Shown here one piece after another: positions 26,715-36,772 of a DNA stretch of 64,000 bases (its first letter is position 1; each line of letters begins with the position of its first letter). This DNA is from an uncultured Fibrobacteraceae bacterium (GTDB lineage: Bacteria; Krumholzibacteriota; Krumholzibacteriia; LZORAL124-64-63), in the NCBI GenBank assembly GCA_964436825.1, contig CAYTEO010000001.1:9035-73034 (forward strand), written 5' to 3'. The notes under the pieces are model-generated. The model saw only the letters and a list, made by a program, of their open reading frames with translations, was not told where the DNA came from and made no database searches. The translations under genes were made by a program, and so were the position numbers.

Positions 26715-27872
26715 TCACTGTCGCCGGTTGACCCTCTGCCGCAGGGCGCGATCGCTGCGGTTGGCCCTGCCGACGCAGAGCAGCAACCCCACGGCGGCGA
26801 GGTTCGTCACCAGGGCGGAGCCGCCGTAGCTCAGCAGCGGCAACGGGACGCCGAGCACCGGCAGCAGGGCGGTGACCATCCCGATGTTCAGCAGGGCGTA
26901 GAGGACCAGCAGCGTCGTCGTCCCCGCCGCCAGCAGCATGCCGAAGCGGCTGCCGGCCTCCCCGGCGATCTTATAACCCCGCCAGGCGACCACGACAAAG
27001 GAGAAAACGATCAGCAGGGTCCCGGCCAGGCCCATCTCCTCGCCGGCGACGGCAAAGACGTAGTCGGTCTGGCTCTCGGGCAGGAACGCCAGGCGCTGCC
27101 GGCTGCCGCCGATGCCCCTGCCGGTCACCCCGCCCGCGCCGAGGCTGATCAGTCCCTGCCGCACCTGGTACTCCTCGGTGACGCAGCGCACCCCCTGCCA
27201 CCAGACGTCGAGCCGGTGGTGGATCTTGCCGCTGAACCGGTAACCGAGGACCCCGCCCAGGACGACCACGGCCGCCGCCGGCAGCAGCCAGCGCGTCGGC
27301 ATCCCCGACAGCCAGAGCAGCAGGACGGTCAGCAGCAGCAGGACCAGCGCGTTGCTGAAGTTGGGCTGCAGGACGAGGATGACGATTCCCCCCAGGGGCA
27401 CCAGGACCACCGGCAGCCACCGTTCGCGCCGCCGCCGCAGGCGGTCGAACCCGCCGCTGCACCGCTCGGCCAGGAACAGGACCAGGGTCACCTTCAGCAG
27501 CTCGACGGGCTGGACGGGGAAGAAAGGCAGCCTCAGCCAGCGGGCATGACTGGCATGGTCGCCGACCCACGCCGTGTGGCGCAGCAGGATCGTCAGCGAC
27601 AGCAGCAGCAGCGAGATCCCCAGCAGCCCCCAGATGATCTCGCGCCGGCGGATCCTCTCGAGGTCGCGTCCGGCCAGCCAGAACATGATGATGATCCCCA
27701 TGGCCAGGCGGACGGCGTGCCGGACGAGGTAGTCGGTGCTGTGCCGTCCCTGGAAGGAGCCGGCGCTGTAGACGACGATCAGGCCCAGGGCCGACAGCAC
27801 CAGGACCGCGGCCAGCAGCAGGCCGTCGTGGGACGTCATCCCGGCCAGCAGCGTCCGGGCCCTGCGGGTCAT
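26715..27872 (-). CDS. ftsW: Peptidoglycan glycosyltransferase/lipid II flippase FtsW (SEDS family).
   Basis: 10-TM SEDS protein. TDYVFAVAGEEMG and SYGGSALV motifs. 4-nt overlap with murD. Confidence 0.9.
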   Translation of the reverse strand: MTRRARTLLAGMTSHDGLLLAAVLVLSALGLIVVYSAGSFQGRHSTDYLVRHAVRLAMGIIIMFWLAGRDLERIRRREIIWGLLGISLLLLSLTILLRHTAWVGDHASHARWLRLPFFPVQPVELLKVTLVLFLAERCSGGFDRLRRRRERWLPVVLVPLGGIVILVLQPNFSNALVLLLLTVLLLWLSGMPTRWLLPAAAVVVLGGVLGYRFSGKIHHRLDVWWQGVRCVTEEYQVRQGLISLGAGGVTGRGIGGSRQRLAFLPESQTDYVFAVAGEEMGLAGTLLIVFSFVVVAWRGYKIAGEAGSRFGMLLAAGTTTLLVLYALLNIGMVTALLPVLGVPLPLLSYGGSALVTNLAAVGLLLCVGRANRSDRALRQRVNRRQ

Positions 27873-29242
27873 GGCGTCCCCTCCTCCCCGCCCGGCGGCA
27901 ACCGGCGGACCGCCGCCTGGAAGGCCTCGCCGCGCTGCCGGTAGTCGCGGAACATGTCGAAGCTGGCGCAGGCCGGGCTGAGCAGGACGGTCCCGCCCGG
28001 CCGGGCCAGCGTCGCGGCCAGGGAGACGGCGGCTGCCATGTCGTCGGCCCGGTGCAGCGGCACCGTCCCGGCCAGGGCGGCGCCGATCCGGTCGGACTCC
28101 TCCCCCAGCAGGACCACGTGCTCGACCGGCCCCATCGCCCCCCGCAGCGGAGTGTAGTCCTCCCCCTTGCCGCTGCCTCCGAGGATGAGCACGACCCCGC
28201 CGTCGTAGCCGGCCAGACCGGCGCAGACGGCGTGGACGTTCGTCGCCTTGGAGTCGTCGACATAGGTGACCCCTCCGACGCGGGCGACGACCTGCTGGCG
28301 ATGGGACAGGGGGGCGAAGGAGCGCAGACCGTCGGCCAGGGTCCCGGCCGGCAACCGCCAGGGCGTCACCGCGGCGACCGCGGCGCAGCAGTTCGCCAGC
28401 GCCGGGGCGCCGGTCACCTGCAGATCAGCCGCCGCGACGATCGGTTCCTCCCCCGCGGCGGTGCGGCGCCTGATCTCACCGCCGGCCAGGTAGACGTCGG
28501 CCCCGTCGGCGGGATCGCCGAACAGCAGGCGGCGCGGCGCCGGCCAGCCGCGGGCCGGGCAGTCGGTGGCCGTCACCAGCAGGCCGCCCGGCGGCAGCGC
28601 CTCGGCCAGCCGCCGCTTGGCCGCGTGGTAGGCCGCCAGGTCCGGGTAGCGGTCCAGGTGGTCTGGGGCCAGGTTCAGGACGACCCCGACGCGCGGGGCG
28701 AAGGTGGCGATGCTCTCGAGCTGGAAGCTGCTGACCTCGACGACGGCCACCGCGCCTGGAGCCAGCCGGTCGGCGACGTCGCTGAAGGGGCGGCCGACGT
28801 TGCCGACGGCCACCGCCTCCCGGCCGGCGGACCGCAGCAGGGCGGCGATCAGCTCGGTCGTCGTCGTCTTGCCGTTGGTCCCGGTGACGGCGACCAGGTC
28901 CGCCGCGCAGCGGCGGGCCGCCAGTTCCACCTCCCCGACGACGGGCGTCTCCCGCCCCAGGACCGCCAGGGCCGGGTGCGTCAGGGGGACCCCCGGACTG
29001 ACGACGATCCCGTCCAGCGGCGGCAGGTCCGCCCACCAGCGCGGACCGGTGTGCAGCGATGCGAAGACCCGCCGGGCGACGTCGGTCAGGCCGTGGCGAC
29101 GCCAGCGGGCGTGCAGCTCGTCCCCCGTGGCGTCGTCGCCGCCCAGGACCTCCGCCCCGTGGCGGGCGAGCAGGTCCGCCGCCGCGCAGCCGCTGCGCGC
29201 CAGTCCCACCACCAGCCACCGCGTGTCTCGCCAGTCGCTCAT
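27869..29242 (-). CDS. murD: UDP-N-acetylmuramoylalanine--D-glutamate ligase.
   Basis: GLARSG N-terminal motif, GTNGKTTTT P-loop, DSKATN. Confidence 0.9.
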   Translation of the reverse strand: MSDWRDTRWLVVGLARSGCAAADLLARHGAEVLGGDDATGDELHARWRRHGLTDVARRVFASLHTGPRWWADLPPLDGIVVSPGVPLTHPALAVLGRETPVVGEVELAARRCAADLVAVTGTNGKTTTTELIAALLRSAGREAVAVGNVGRPFSDVADRLAPGAVAVVEVSSFQLESIATFAPRVGVVLNLAPDHLDRYPDLAAYHAAKRRLAEALPPGGLLVTATDCPARGWPAPRRLLFGDPADGADVYLAGGEIRRRTAAGEEPIVAAADLQVTGAPALANCCAAVAAVTPWRLPAGTLADGLRSFAPLSHRQQVVARVGGVTYVDDSKATNVHAVCAGLAGYDGGVVLILGGSGKGEDYTPLRGAMGPVEHVVLLGEESDRIGAALAGTVPLHRADDMAAAVSLAATLARPGGTVLLSPACASFDMFRDYRQRGEAFQAAVRRLPPGGEEGTP

Positions 29243-29249
29243 CCCGTCC

Positions 29250-30335
29250 TCATTGCAGCTTCAGGGTACTCATGCTCAGCAGCAGCAGCAGGATCCCGAT
29301 GATCCAGAACCGGACCACGACCTGGGTCTCCTTCCAGCCGAGCAGCTCGAAGTGATGGTGCAGCGGCGCCATCCGGAAGATCCGCTTGCCGCCCCGCCAG
29401 CGGTAGCTGGCCACCTGCAGCATGACGCTGACGGCCTCCAGGACGAACATCCCCCCCATGACGACCAGCAGCAGTTCCCGCTTGACGAGGATGGCCACCG
29501 TGCCCAGGGCGCCGCCCAGGGCCAGGCTGCCGGTGTCCCCCATGAAGATCTGGGCCGGGTGGGCGTTGAACCAGAGGAACCCGAGGGCCGCCCCGACGAC
29601 GGCCGCGCAGTAGATGGCCACCTCACCGCTGCCGGGCAGGTAGAGGATGTGCAGGTAGCGGGCGAAGACGGCGTTGCCGGTCAGGTAGGACAGCGCGGCG
29701 TAGCCCAGGAAGACGAAGGCCGACAGGCCGATCGCCAGCCCGTCCAGCCCGTCGGTCAGGTTGACGGCGTTGCTGGTCCCGGTGACGACGAGCACGACCA
29801 GGGGGAAGTAGAGCCAGCCCAGATCGATGAAGGTGTCCTTCAGGAACGGCACGGCCAGGTCGTGGAGGTGGGGATGCCCGATGGAACGGTCGAGCATCAC
29901 GTAAAGGACGATGCTGAACGTGATCTGCCCCAACAACTTGACGCGACCGATCATTCCCTTGGGGCGGCGCTTGATCACCTTCAGGTAGTCGTCGACGAAC
30001 CCGATCCCCCCCATCCAGACCGTGGCCAGCAGGCAGAGCTGGATGTAGCGGTTCGTCAGGTCCGCCCACAGCAGGGTCGGCAGGACGATGGCCGTCAGGA
30101 CCAGCACCCCGCCCATGGTCGGCGTACCGGCCTTGGCCCGGTGGTGGGCCGGCCCGTCGCTGCGGATCGTCTCGCCGATCTGCAGCCGGCGCAGACGCTC
30201 GATGAGCCAGCCGCCGAAGATGAAGCTGATCAGCAGGGCGGTGATCGTCGCGTAGGCCGCGCGGAAGGTGATGTACTGGAAGACGTTCAGGGCCGACCAG
30301 TGGGTATGGAGGGGGTAGAGCAGGTGGTAGAACAT
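29250..30335 (-). CDS. mraY: Phospho-N-acetylmuramoyl-pentapeptide transferase.
   Basis: 361 aa. NAVNLTDGLDGLA and MGDTGSLALGG motifs. AAGGAGAGG RBS. The upstream part of ORF 29250..31034 is an artifact. Confidence 0.95.
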   Translation of the reverse strand: MFYHLLYPLHTHWSALNVFQYITFRAAYATITALLISFIFGGWLIERLRRLQIGETIRSDGPAHHRAKAGTPTMGGVLVLTAIVLPTLLWADLTNRYIQLCLLATVWMGGIGFVDDYLKVIKRRPKGMIGRVKLLGQITFSIVLYVMLDRSIGHPHLHDLAVPFLKDTFIDLGWLYFPLVVLVVTGTSNAVNLTDGLDGLAIGLSAFVFLGYAALSYLTGNAVFARYLHILYLPGSGEVAIYCAAVVGAALGFLWFNAHPAQIFMGDTGSLALGGALGTVAILVKRELLLVVMGGMFVLEAVSVMLQVASYRWRGGKRIFRMAPLHHHFELLGWKETQVVVRFWIIGILLLLLSMSTLKLQ

Positions 30336-30345
30336 GTCCTCTCCT

Positions 30346-31800
30346 TCAGTGGCCCTCGACGGTCCCCAGGCCCGCCACCAGCCGGTCGACGATCCGTTCG
30401 GTGGCGGCGGAACGGGAGCCCTTGACCAGGACGCGGTCGCCGCGCTCCAGCCTCTCCAGCAGCCAGGCCGCGGCGGCGGCGTGGTCGGGCACGACCGCGG
30501 CCTCGCCGCCGCCCACGTCACGGAATCCCTCGGCCAGCGGGGCGGCCTCGCCGACGGCCACCAGCCGATCGACTCCCAGCTCCCGCAGGCGCCGGCCCGT
30601 CTGGACGTGGAGCTCCCGGCTGCGCTCCCCCAGCTCGGCCATGACGCCCAGGACGACCCAGCTCCGACCGCCGGGAAGTTGCAACAGGGAGCGGGCCGCG
30701 GCCAGGATACTCTGCGGATTGGCGTTGTAGCTGTCGTCCAGCAGGGTGATGCCCCCCGCCCGGAGCAGGCGGCTGCGGTGCGCCGAGGGTACGAACCCGT
30801 CCAGGGCGGCGGCGACGTCCGACGGCTCGCCGGCCAGCGCCCGGACGGCCAGCAGGGCCGCCGCCAGGTTGGCCCCGTTGTGGGGACCGGGGAGCGGCAC
30901 GGGGTAGCGCCGACCATCCAGCAGGAGATCCCCCCGCCGTCCCCCGTCGGCGGGCGACCAGTCCCAGCGGTGATCCCCCGCCGTCCGGCCGAACGACACG
31001 ATCCGGCAACGGGCCCGCTCGCGCCACGCGGCAAAGCCCGGACTGTCGGCGTTGAGGACGGCAGTCCCGTCGGGAGGCAACGCGTCCAGCAGCTCGCCCT
31101 TGGCGGCGATGATCTCGGCCTGCGATCCGAATCCCTCGAGATGCGCCGGCGCGACGTTGGTGATCACCCCGACCTGGGGGGTAGCCAGGGCCGCCAGGCG
31201 CGCGATCTCCCCGGCTCGGGAGGCGCCCATCTCCACCACCGCGGTGCGGTGGTCGCGCCGGAGAGCCAGCAGCGTCAGCGGCAGGCCGAGATCGTTGTTC
31301 CGGTTGCCGGGCGTGGCCAGGACCGCGCCCCGGGGGCGCAGCAGGGCCGCGGCCAGGTCCTTGGTCGTCGTCTTCCCGTTGGTGCCGGTGATCGCCAGCA
31401 GGGGGACGGGACAACGCCGGCGCCAGCCGGCGGCCAGGCGCTGCAGGGCGGCCACGCCGTCGCTCGCCACGAGGATCGGCCCCCCGCTCGACGGTGCCGC
31501 GCGGAGCGCCGCGTCCAGGGGCTCGCCGGGGGGCGCCAGGACCGCCGCCGCGCCGGCCGCCAGGGCCGCACCCAGATACCGTCGGCCGTCGGTCCGTTCT
31601 CCCGGCAGGGCCACGAAGAGCTGCCCCGCGGCGACGGCGCGGCTGTCCAGCGTCGCGCCGAGGAAGGCGGCCCCTGGGGGCAGCTCGTCGGCGGTCCCCC
31701 GCCGCCAGCCGTCGCTGTCGGGCAGCAGGAGATCGGCCAGCAGCCCGGCCTCGGCCAGCGCGGCGACCGCCTCCCGCAGCGGAAACCCGGCCTCAGCCAC
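30346..31800 (-). CDS. murF: UDP-MurNAc-tripeptide--D-Ala-D-Ala ligase.
   Basis: GTNGKTTTK, NADSPG and DDSYNANP motifs. 484 aa. Confidence 0.9.
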   Translation of the reverse strand: MAEAGFPLREAVAALAEAGLLADLLLPDSDGWRRGTADELPPGAAFLGATLDSRAVAAGQLFVALPGERTDGRRYLGAALAAGAAAVLAPPGEPLDAALRAAPSSGGPILVASDGVAALQRLAAGWRRRCPVPLLAITGTNGKTTTKDLAAALLRPRGAVLATPGNRNNDLGLPLTLLALRRDHRTAVVEMGASRAGEIARLAALATPQVGVITNVAPAHLEGFGSQAEIIAAKGELLDALPPDGTAVLNADSPGFAAWRERARCRIVSFGRTAGDHRWDWSPADGGRRGDLLLDGRRYPVPLPGPHNGANLAAALLAVRALAGEPSDVAAALDGFVPSAHRSRLLRAGGITLLDDSYNANPQSILAAARSLLQLPGGRSWVVLGVMAELGERSRELHVQTGRRLRELGVDRLVAVGEAAPLAEGFRDVGGGEAAVVPDHAAAAAWLLERLERGDRVLVKGSRSAATERIVDRLVAGLGTVEGH

Positions 31801-33307
31801 GGTCCACCTCCTCGATCCAGGCGCGGACGATCTCCCTGTCGTCCAGATGCCGCCTGACGTCGCCCACGATCTGGTAGTCCTCGTGCCCCTTGCCGGCGAT
31901 GACGACGGTGTCGCCTGCGGCGGCCCCCGCCAGGGCCTCGCGGATGGCGCGGGTGCGGTCGACGACGATCCGGCAGTCCCGACCGTCGACGCGGGACACC
32001 CCCCGGTAGCCCGCCGCGATCTGGTCGCAGATGTCCTCGGGCCGCTCGTGCCGGGGGTTGTCGGAGGTGATCCACGTCACGTCGGCCAGCCTGGCCGCGA
32101 CCGCACCCATCTGGGGCCGCTTGCCGCGATCGCGGTCCCCCCCACAGCCGAAGACGACGTGGAGACGGCCGGCGGTCAGTTCGCGGCAGGAGACCAGGAC
32201 CGCCTCCAGGGCGGCGGGGGTATGGGCGTAGTCGACGACGGCGACCGCGCCGCCGGGCAGCTGCAGGCTCTCCATCCTGCCCGGCACCTGGGGCGCGGAC
32301 GCCAGCGTCCCTGTCACCTGCTCCGGGGGGAATCCCAGGGCCAGTCCGGTCGCCGCCGCCGCCAGCAGGTTCGACACGTTGAACCGGCCCACCAGCCGCG
32401 AGGCCAGCGTCAGCCGGCGCCCGCGCCACTCGAGCACCAGGTTGCTGCCGGTCGGCGACAGCCCGGCCTCGAGCAGTCGCAGGTCGACCGGACCGGCCGC
32501 GTCCGCTGTCCCGTAGCGGACGGTCGCGATCCCCTCCGGTGCGATGCCGGCGAACGCCGGGTCGTCGGCGTTGACCACGAGGACGCCGTCCCCCTTGTCG
32601 CGCCGCGGACCGGCCAGCAGCTCGACGATGCCGAGCTTGGCCCGGCGGTACCGGTCCATGTCACCGTGGTAGTCCAGGTGGTCGCGGCTGAGATTCGTCA
32701 GGACCGCCGCGTCGAGGGCCAGGTCCGCCACGCGCCCCTGGTCCAGGGCGTGCGAGGAGACCTCCAGGGCAACGCCGCGGCAGCCGGCGTCGCGCATCTC
32801 GCCCAGCAGCCCGAAGAGGTCCGGGCCCGAGGGCGTCGTCAGGGGCGCCGGCACGATCCGCCGGCCCGTCTCGTAGCGGATCGTTCCCACCAGCCCGCAC
32901 GGTCCGGCCGTCGCCGCCAGGAGGTGCCGCAGCAGGAAGGCCGTCGTCGTCTTGCCGTTGGTCCCGGTGACGCCGACGGCGGTCATCCCGGCGTCGGGCC
33001 GGCCGGCCAGCTCGCGGGCCAGCCTCGCCCCCCAGGGCCGGGTGTCCGCGACCCGCAACAGGGGCAGGTCGTCGGGAACGCCGTCGGGCAGCGTCGCCTC
33101 CTCGGCCACGACGGCCGCCGCACAGCCTGCCGCCACGGCGTCGGGCAGGAAGCGGTGCCCGTCGACGCCGCTTCCCCGCACCGCCACGAACAGCGCCCCC
33201 GGCCGCACGGCCCGGGAATCGACGACGACGCCGGTGACGGCGACGTCGCCGGCGACCTGGGCGGACAACTCGGGGAAGGGACGACAGAGATCGCGCAGCG
33301 TCATCAT
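31793..33307 (-). CDS. murE: UDP-MurNAc-L-Ala-D-Glu--2,6-diaminopimelate ligase.
   Basis: GVTGTNGKTTTA, DYAHTP and the DNPRHE motif. Start MMTLRDL. 4-nt overlap with ftsI. Confidence 0.9.
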   Translation of the reverse strand: MMTLRDLCRPFPELSAQVAGDVAVTGVVVDSRAVRPGALFVAVRGSGVDGHRFLPDAVAAGCAAAVVAEEATLPDGVPDDLPLLRVADTRPWGARLARELAGRPDAGMTAVGVTGTNGKTTTAFLLRHLLAATAGPCGLVGTIRYETGRRIVPAPLTTPSGPDLFGLLGEMRDAGCRGVALEVSSHALDQGRVADLALDAAVLTNLSRDHLDYHGDMDRYRRAKLGIVELLAGPRRDKGDGVLVVNADDPAFAGIAPEGIATVRYGTADAAGPVDLRLLEAGLSPTGSNLVLEWRGRRLTLASRLVGRFNVSNLLAAAATGLALGFPPEQVTGTLASAPQVPGRMESLQLPGGAVAVVDYAHTPAALEAVLVSCRELTAGRLHVVFGCGGDRDRGKRPQMGAVAARLADVTWITSDNPRHERPEDICDQIAAGYRGVSRVDGRDCRIVVDRTRAIREALAGAAAGDTVVIAGKGHEDYQIVGDVRRHLDDREIVRAWIEEVDRG

Positions 33308-35460
33308 GGCAGCTCCATGGTCACGACGATCGGCCCGTCCGGCAACGGTGCCCCCGGCGCCGGTCGCTGGGAGACGACGTACCCCACGCCCTTGCAGCGG
33401 ACGGTCACGCCGAGGGCCGCGGCGCGGCGGCGGACCTCGCGGTTCGAGAGGCCGCGCCAGTCCGGGCAGGGTGCCCCCCGGGGCGGCTCTGCCGCGGCGA
33501 CGGCCAGTTCGACGACCGTCCCCGGCGTGCAGAGCGTTCCGGGCGTCGGCCGCTCGCCCACGACCAGGCCCCCGCTTCCGCTCGCCCGGACCAGCAGGCC
33601 CGCCCTGGCGAGCAGCTCGCCGGCGGTGGCCACGTCGGTGTACAGGACGTCGGGCACCCGCAGCCGTCCGGGCGCGGGCGGTGTCAGGACGGCCGCCGGC
33701 GCGACGACGTCCCGCAGCCAGTCGGTCGACCGGCCGATCTCCTCCACGATCCGGGCGAACAGGGGCGCCGCGCTGGCGGAGGCATAGTGGTGCACGCGGT
33801 CGGGTTCGTCCAGGACCGTCAGGACGACCAGCCGGGGGCGGTCCGCCGGGACGAACCCCAGGAACGAGGCGACGTACTTCCCGGGCATGTACCCCCGGCC
33901 GTCCTCGCGCGCCTTCTGGGCCGTCCCCGTCTTGCCCGCCGTCGTCGTCCACGGGACGGCGGCGGCCTTGCCGGTCCCCTCGCCCACGACCCGCCGCATC
34001 GCCTCGCGCAGCAGCGCGGCCGTCCGCTCGCTCATGACACGCCCGCGAACCAGGGGGCCGTGGCCATCGGTCCGGCCGTCGACTGCCGCCACCAGGCGAG
34101 GCACGAGCAGCCGGCCGCCGTTGGCCACGGCGGCGGCCGCGGTCGCCAGCTGCACGGGGGTGGCGGAGAGCTCCTGCCCTATGGCCAGGGTCGATTGGCT
34201 GCGACCCGACCAGCGGGAGGGTTCCCGCAGCAGCCCCCGCGTCGCTCCGGGGTAGGCCAGCCCGACCTCCCGGCCGAAGCCGAGCGCGGTCAGCGTGCGG
34301 TAGAACTCGACGCGCGAGAGGTTCAGGACTGCCTTGGCGAAGTAGACGTTGCTGGAGTGGGCGAAGGCCTCCAGCAGGGACATGCGCCCGAACTCGTGGC
34401 CGTCGGCGTTGCCGATCCGGTAGCCCCCGAATCGCGTGTCGGCGCAGTCGATGACCGTGGCGGTGTCGATGGCGGCGTGTTCGAGCAGGGCGGCCGTCGT
34501 GAAGACCTTGAAGATGGAGCCCGGCTCGTAGGCGCCGGTGAAGTTGAAGTTGTTCCACAGGCCCGGATCGGCGGGGGCACGCTCCCGGTCGTGGACCACG
34601 GGCGTGTCCGCCGCCGCCAGGATCTCGCCGGTCCACGGCTCCATGATCAGGACGCTCCCGCCGGCGGCGCCGGTCTCGGCGACCGACGCCTCCAGGCAGG
34701 TCTCCGCGATCCTCTGCAGGTCGATATCGATGGTCAGCGTGACGTCGTGGCCGTCGACCGGGGGCACCAGGACACGGTAGCCGGCGCTGTGCCCACGGCC
34801 CGTCTCCCACTCCAGGGCCGTCCCGGGCCGCCCCCCCAGCAGGTCGTCCAGGCCCAGCTCCAGTGCCGTCGCCAAGCACTCCCCGCTAGGATCGCGGCGG
34901 TAGGTCCCGATCAGCGACAGGCCGGTCCCGTCGTACGGATAGGTCCGGGTCTCGAGCCTCTCGAGGGTGACCCCCGGGGTCCGACGCAACCGGTCCAGGA
35001 CGTCCCGGTGCAGGACGGCCCGCCTGACGACGACGAGGTGGGTCCCGCCCGCTTCCCGGATCCGCCTGGCCAGCGGTCCCGCCGGAACGCCGAGTGCGTC
35101 CGCGATCCTCCCGGCCGTCAGGTCGGGGTCGTCGACGCGGCTGCTGGCGACACCGACCCGCCAGTGGCTGGTGGAGACGGCCAGCGTCCTGCCGCGGCGG
35201 TCCCGCAGCTCGCCCCGCCGCGGCGGGATGGCGATCCGGCGTTCCCACTGGTTCTTGGCAACCGCGAGGTAGTGTTCGTGCCGCACGACCTGGACCTGGA
35301 CCAGGCGCGCCGCGTACAGCAGACCGGCGAGCAGGACACCCACCTGCAGGGCAAGCAGGCGCCCGCCGACGCCGCGGCCTCTTCTCAAGGCCGGCTCTCC
35401 TGGGCGGCAACCGGCGTGACCCCGCGGCCCGACCCGACGGCCGCCAGCAGGCGATGCCAC
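33304..35460 (-). CDS. ftsI: Peptidoglycan D,D-transpeptidase FtsI (class B PBP) with two C-terminal PASTA domains.
   Basis: N-terminal TM, dimerisation domain, transpeptidase motifs SIFK (SxxK), SSN, KTGTA. Two PASTA-like repeats at the C-terminus. The exact start is uncertain and may be internal to the ORF. Confidence 0.85.
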   Translation of the reverse strand: MASPAGGRRVGPRGHAGCRPGEPALRRGRGVGGRLLALQVGVLLAGLLYAARLVQVQVVRHEHYLAVAKNQWERRIAIPPRRGELRDRRGRTLAVSTSHWRVGVASSRVDDPDLTAGRIADALGVPAGPLARRIREAGGTHLVVVRRAVLHRDVLDRLRRTPGVTLERLETRTYPYDGTGLSLIGTYRRDPSGECLATALELGLDDLLGGRPGTALEWETGRGHSAGYRVLVPPVDGHDVTLTIDIDLQRIAETCLEASVAETGAAGGSVLIMEPWTGEILAAADTPVVHDRERAPADPGLWNNFNFTGAYEPGSIFKVFTTAALLEHAAIDTATVIDCADTRFGGYRIGNADGHEFGRMSLLEAFAHSSNVYFAKAVLNLSRVEFYRTLTALGFGREVGLAYPGATRGLLREPSRWSGRSQSTLAIGQELSATPVQLATAAAAVANGGRLLVPRLVAAVDGRTDGHGPLVRGRVMSERTAALLREAMRRVVGEGTGKAAAVPWTTTAGKTGTAQKAREDGRGYMPGKYVASFLGFVPADRPRLVVLTVLDEPDRVHHYASASAAPLFARIVEEIGRSTDWLRDVVAPAAVLTPPAPGRLRVPDVLYTDVATAGELLARAGLLVRASGSGGLVVGERPTPGTLCTPGTVVELAVAAAEPPRGAPCPDWRGLSNREVRRRAAALGVTVRCKGVGYVVSQRPAPGAPLPDGPIVVTMELP

Positions 35461-35852
35461 AGCGGCAGCCGCCGCGGCGCCGGCTGCATGGCCACGACGA
35501 CCGGCGGCAGCGGCCCGTCGGCCGGCACCATTCCCAGTTCCCGGCGCGCACGGGCCACGATCGTCTCGCGATCGGTCAGGCGATGCCAGCTCAACTCGAG
35601 TTCACCGACCCGGGTCACCAGGTAGTCCCGGTCCCCGCTGAGGGAAGCGATGGCCCGCCGCCGCGAGACGATCCCGTTCGCCAGCCCCACCTGCAACAGC
35701 AGCAGGGCGATGGTCACCAGCCCGACGGCCACCTTCACCCCCGACCGCGCCAGCCACCAGTGCCGTTCACAGGCCATGCTGCCCGCACAGGCCCGGCTCC
35801 ACGACCGGCGGTGGGCGCCCCGACGGATCAGACGATGACGGATGACGTTCAT
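35385..35852 (-). CDS. ftsL: Cell division protein FtsL-like (small bitopic protein).
   Basis: Start MNVIRHRL with a GGAGAGG RBS. One TM (VAVGLVTIALLLLQVGL) followed by a coiled-coil-like segment. Position between rsmH and ftsI is conserved in dcw clusters. Confidence 0.55.
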   Translation of the reverse strand: MNVIRHRLIRRGAHRRSWSRACAGSMACERHWWLARSGVKVAVGLVTIALLLLQVGLANGIVSRRRAIASLSGDRDYLVTRVGELELSWHRLTDRETIVARARRELGMVPADGPLPPVVVAMQPAPRRLPLWHRLLAAVGSGRGVTPVAAQESRP

Positions 35853-36772
35853 GGCAACCTCTCCCCTGCCCGCAACCTGGCACTGCGGGCGCGTGGATTG
35901 ACGGCGAGTTCCTCCTGCCCCGGCCGCACGGGCCGGCGGGTCAGGACACGCATCGTCCGCCGGTGGCCGCAGCGACAGACCGGCACCGCGGGCGGACAGA
36001 GACAGTCGCGGCCCTCCTGGGCCAGCCAGCGCTTGACGATGCGATCCTCCAGCGAGTGGTAGGCGATGACGACGATCCTGCCCCCGGGCGCCAGCAGGCC
36101 GGGGACCGCCGCCAGGGCCTCGCTCAGGGCTGCCAGCTCCTCGTTGACGGCGATGCGCAGCGCCTGGAAGACCCTGCTGAGAGCGGCGTTCCGTTCCTCC
36201 CGGCGTCCGACGACGGCGGCGACCGCCGCGGCAAGCTGGGAGGTGGTCTCGACGGGCGATTCCCGGCGGCGGGCCGCGATGGCCCTGGCGATGGCGCGGG
36301 CCCGCCGTTCCTCGCCGTAGCGCCGGATCAGGTCGGCCAGCTCCCGCTCCGACAGTTCCCTGATCAGCGCGGAGGCCGGCCTGCCGCGCTGCGGGTCGAA
36401 ACGGAGATCCAGGGGCGCCTCGGCGCGGTAGCTGAAGCCGTAGGCGGGATCGTCCAGCTGGGGCGAGCTGACCCCCAGGTCGAGCAGGATCCCGTCCAGG
36501 CGGTCCCAGCCAGCCGCCGCGACAGCCCCTGCCATCTCCCGGAACGATCCCTGCCGGCAGCGGAGCAGCGGCTGCCCTGCCGCCTCCTCGCGACATGCGT
36601 CCACGGCGCGTGGATCCAGGTCCAGGGCCAGGACCTCGGCGCCGGCCTCCAGCAGCGCGGCGGCGTGCCCGCCACGACCGTAGGTTCCGTCCAGGTAGCG
36701 CCTGCCCGGCGCGGGCCGCAGCCAGTGGAGGGTCTCGGCGAGTAGCACGGGAATGTGCCGCCCCGCACTCAT
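35849..36772 (-). CDS. rsmH: 16S rRNA (cytosine1402-N4)-methyltransferase RsmH (MraW).
   Basis: HIPVLL, DGTYGRGGH, DLGVSSPQLD and AYHSLEDR motifs. The ATG overlaps the stop of the upstream STAS gene (ATGA). Confidence 0.9.
   Translation of the reverse strand: MSAGRHIPVLLAETLHWLRPAPGRRYLDGTYGRGGHAAALLEAGAEVLALDLDPRAVDACREEAAGQPLLRCRQGSFREMAGAVAAAGWDRLDGILLDLGVSSPQLDDPAYGFSYRAEAPLDLRFDPQRGRPASALIRELSERELADLIRRYGEERRARAIARAIAARRRESPVETTSQLAAAVAAVVGRREERNAALSRVFQALRIAVNEELAALSEALAAVPGLLAPGGRIVVIAYHSLEDRIVKRWLAQEGRDCLCPPAVPVCRCGHRRTMRVLTRRPVRPGQEELAVNPRARSARLRAGERLP

Noticed and set aside
29250-34879. Reading ORFs 29250..31034 and 31793..34879 as single giant proteins.
   Set aside because: They are mraY and murE, respectively, preceded by in-frame but non-coding read-through of the upstream genes (murF, ftsI), which are encoded in other frames.
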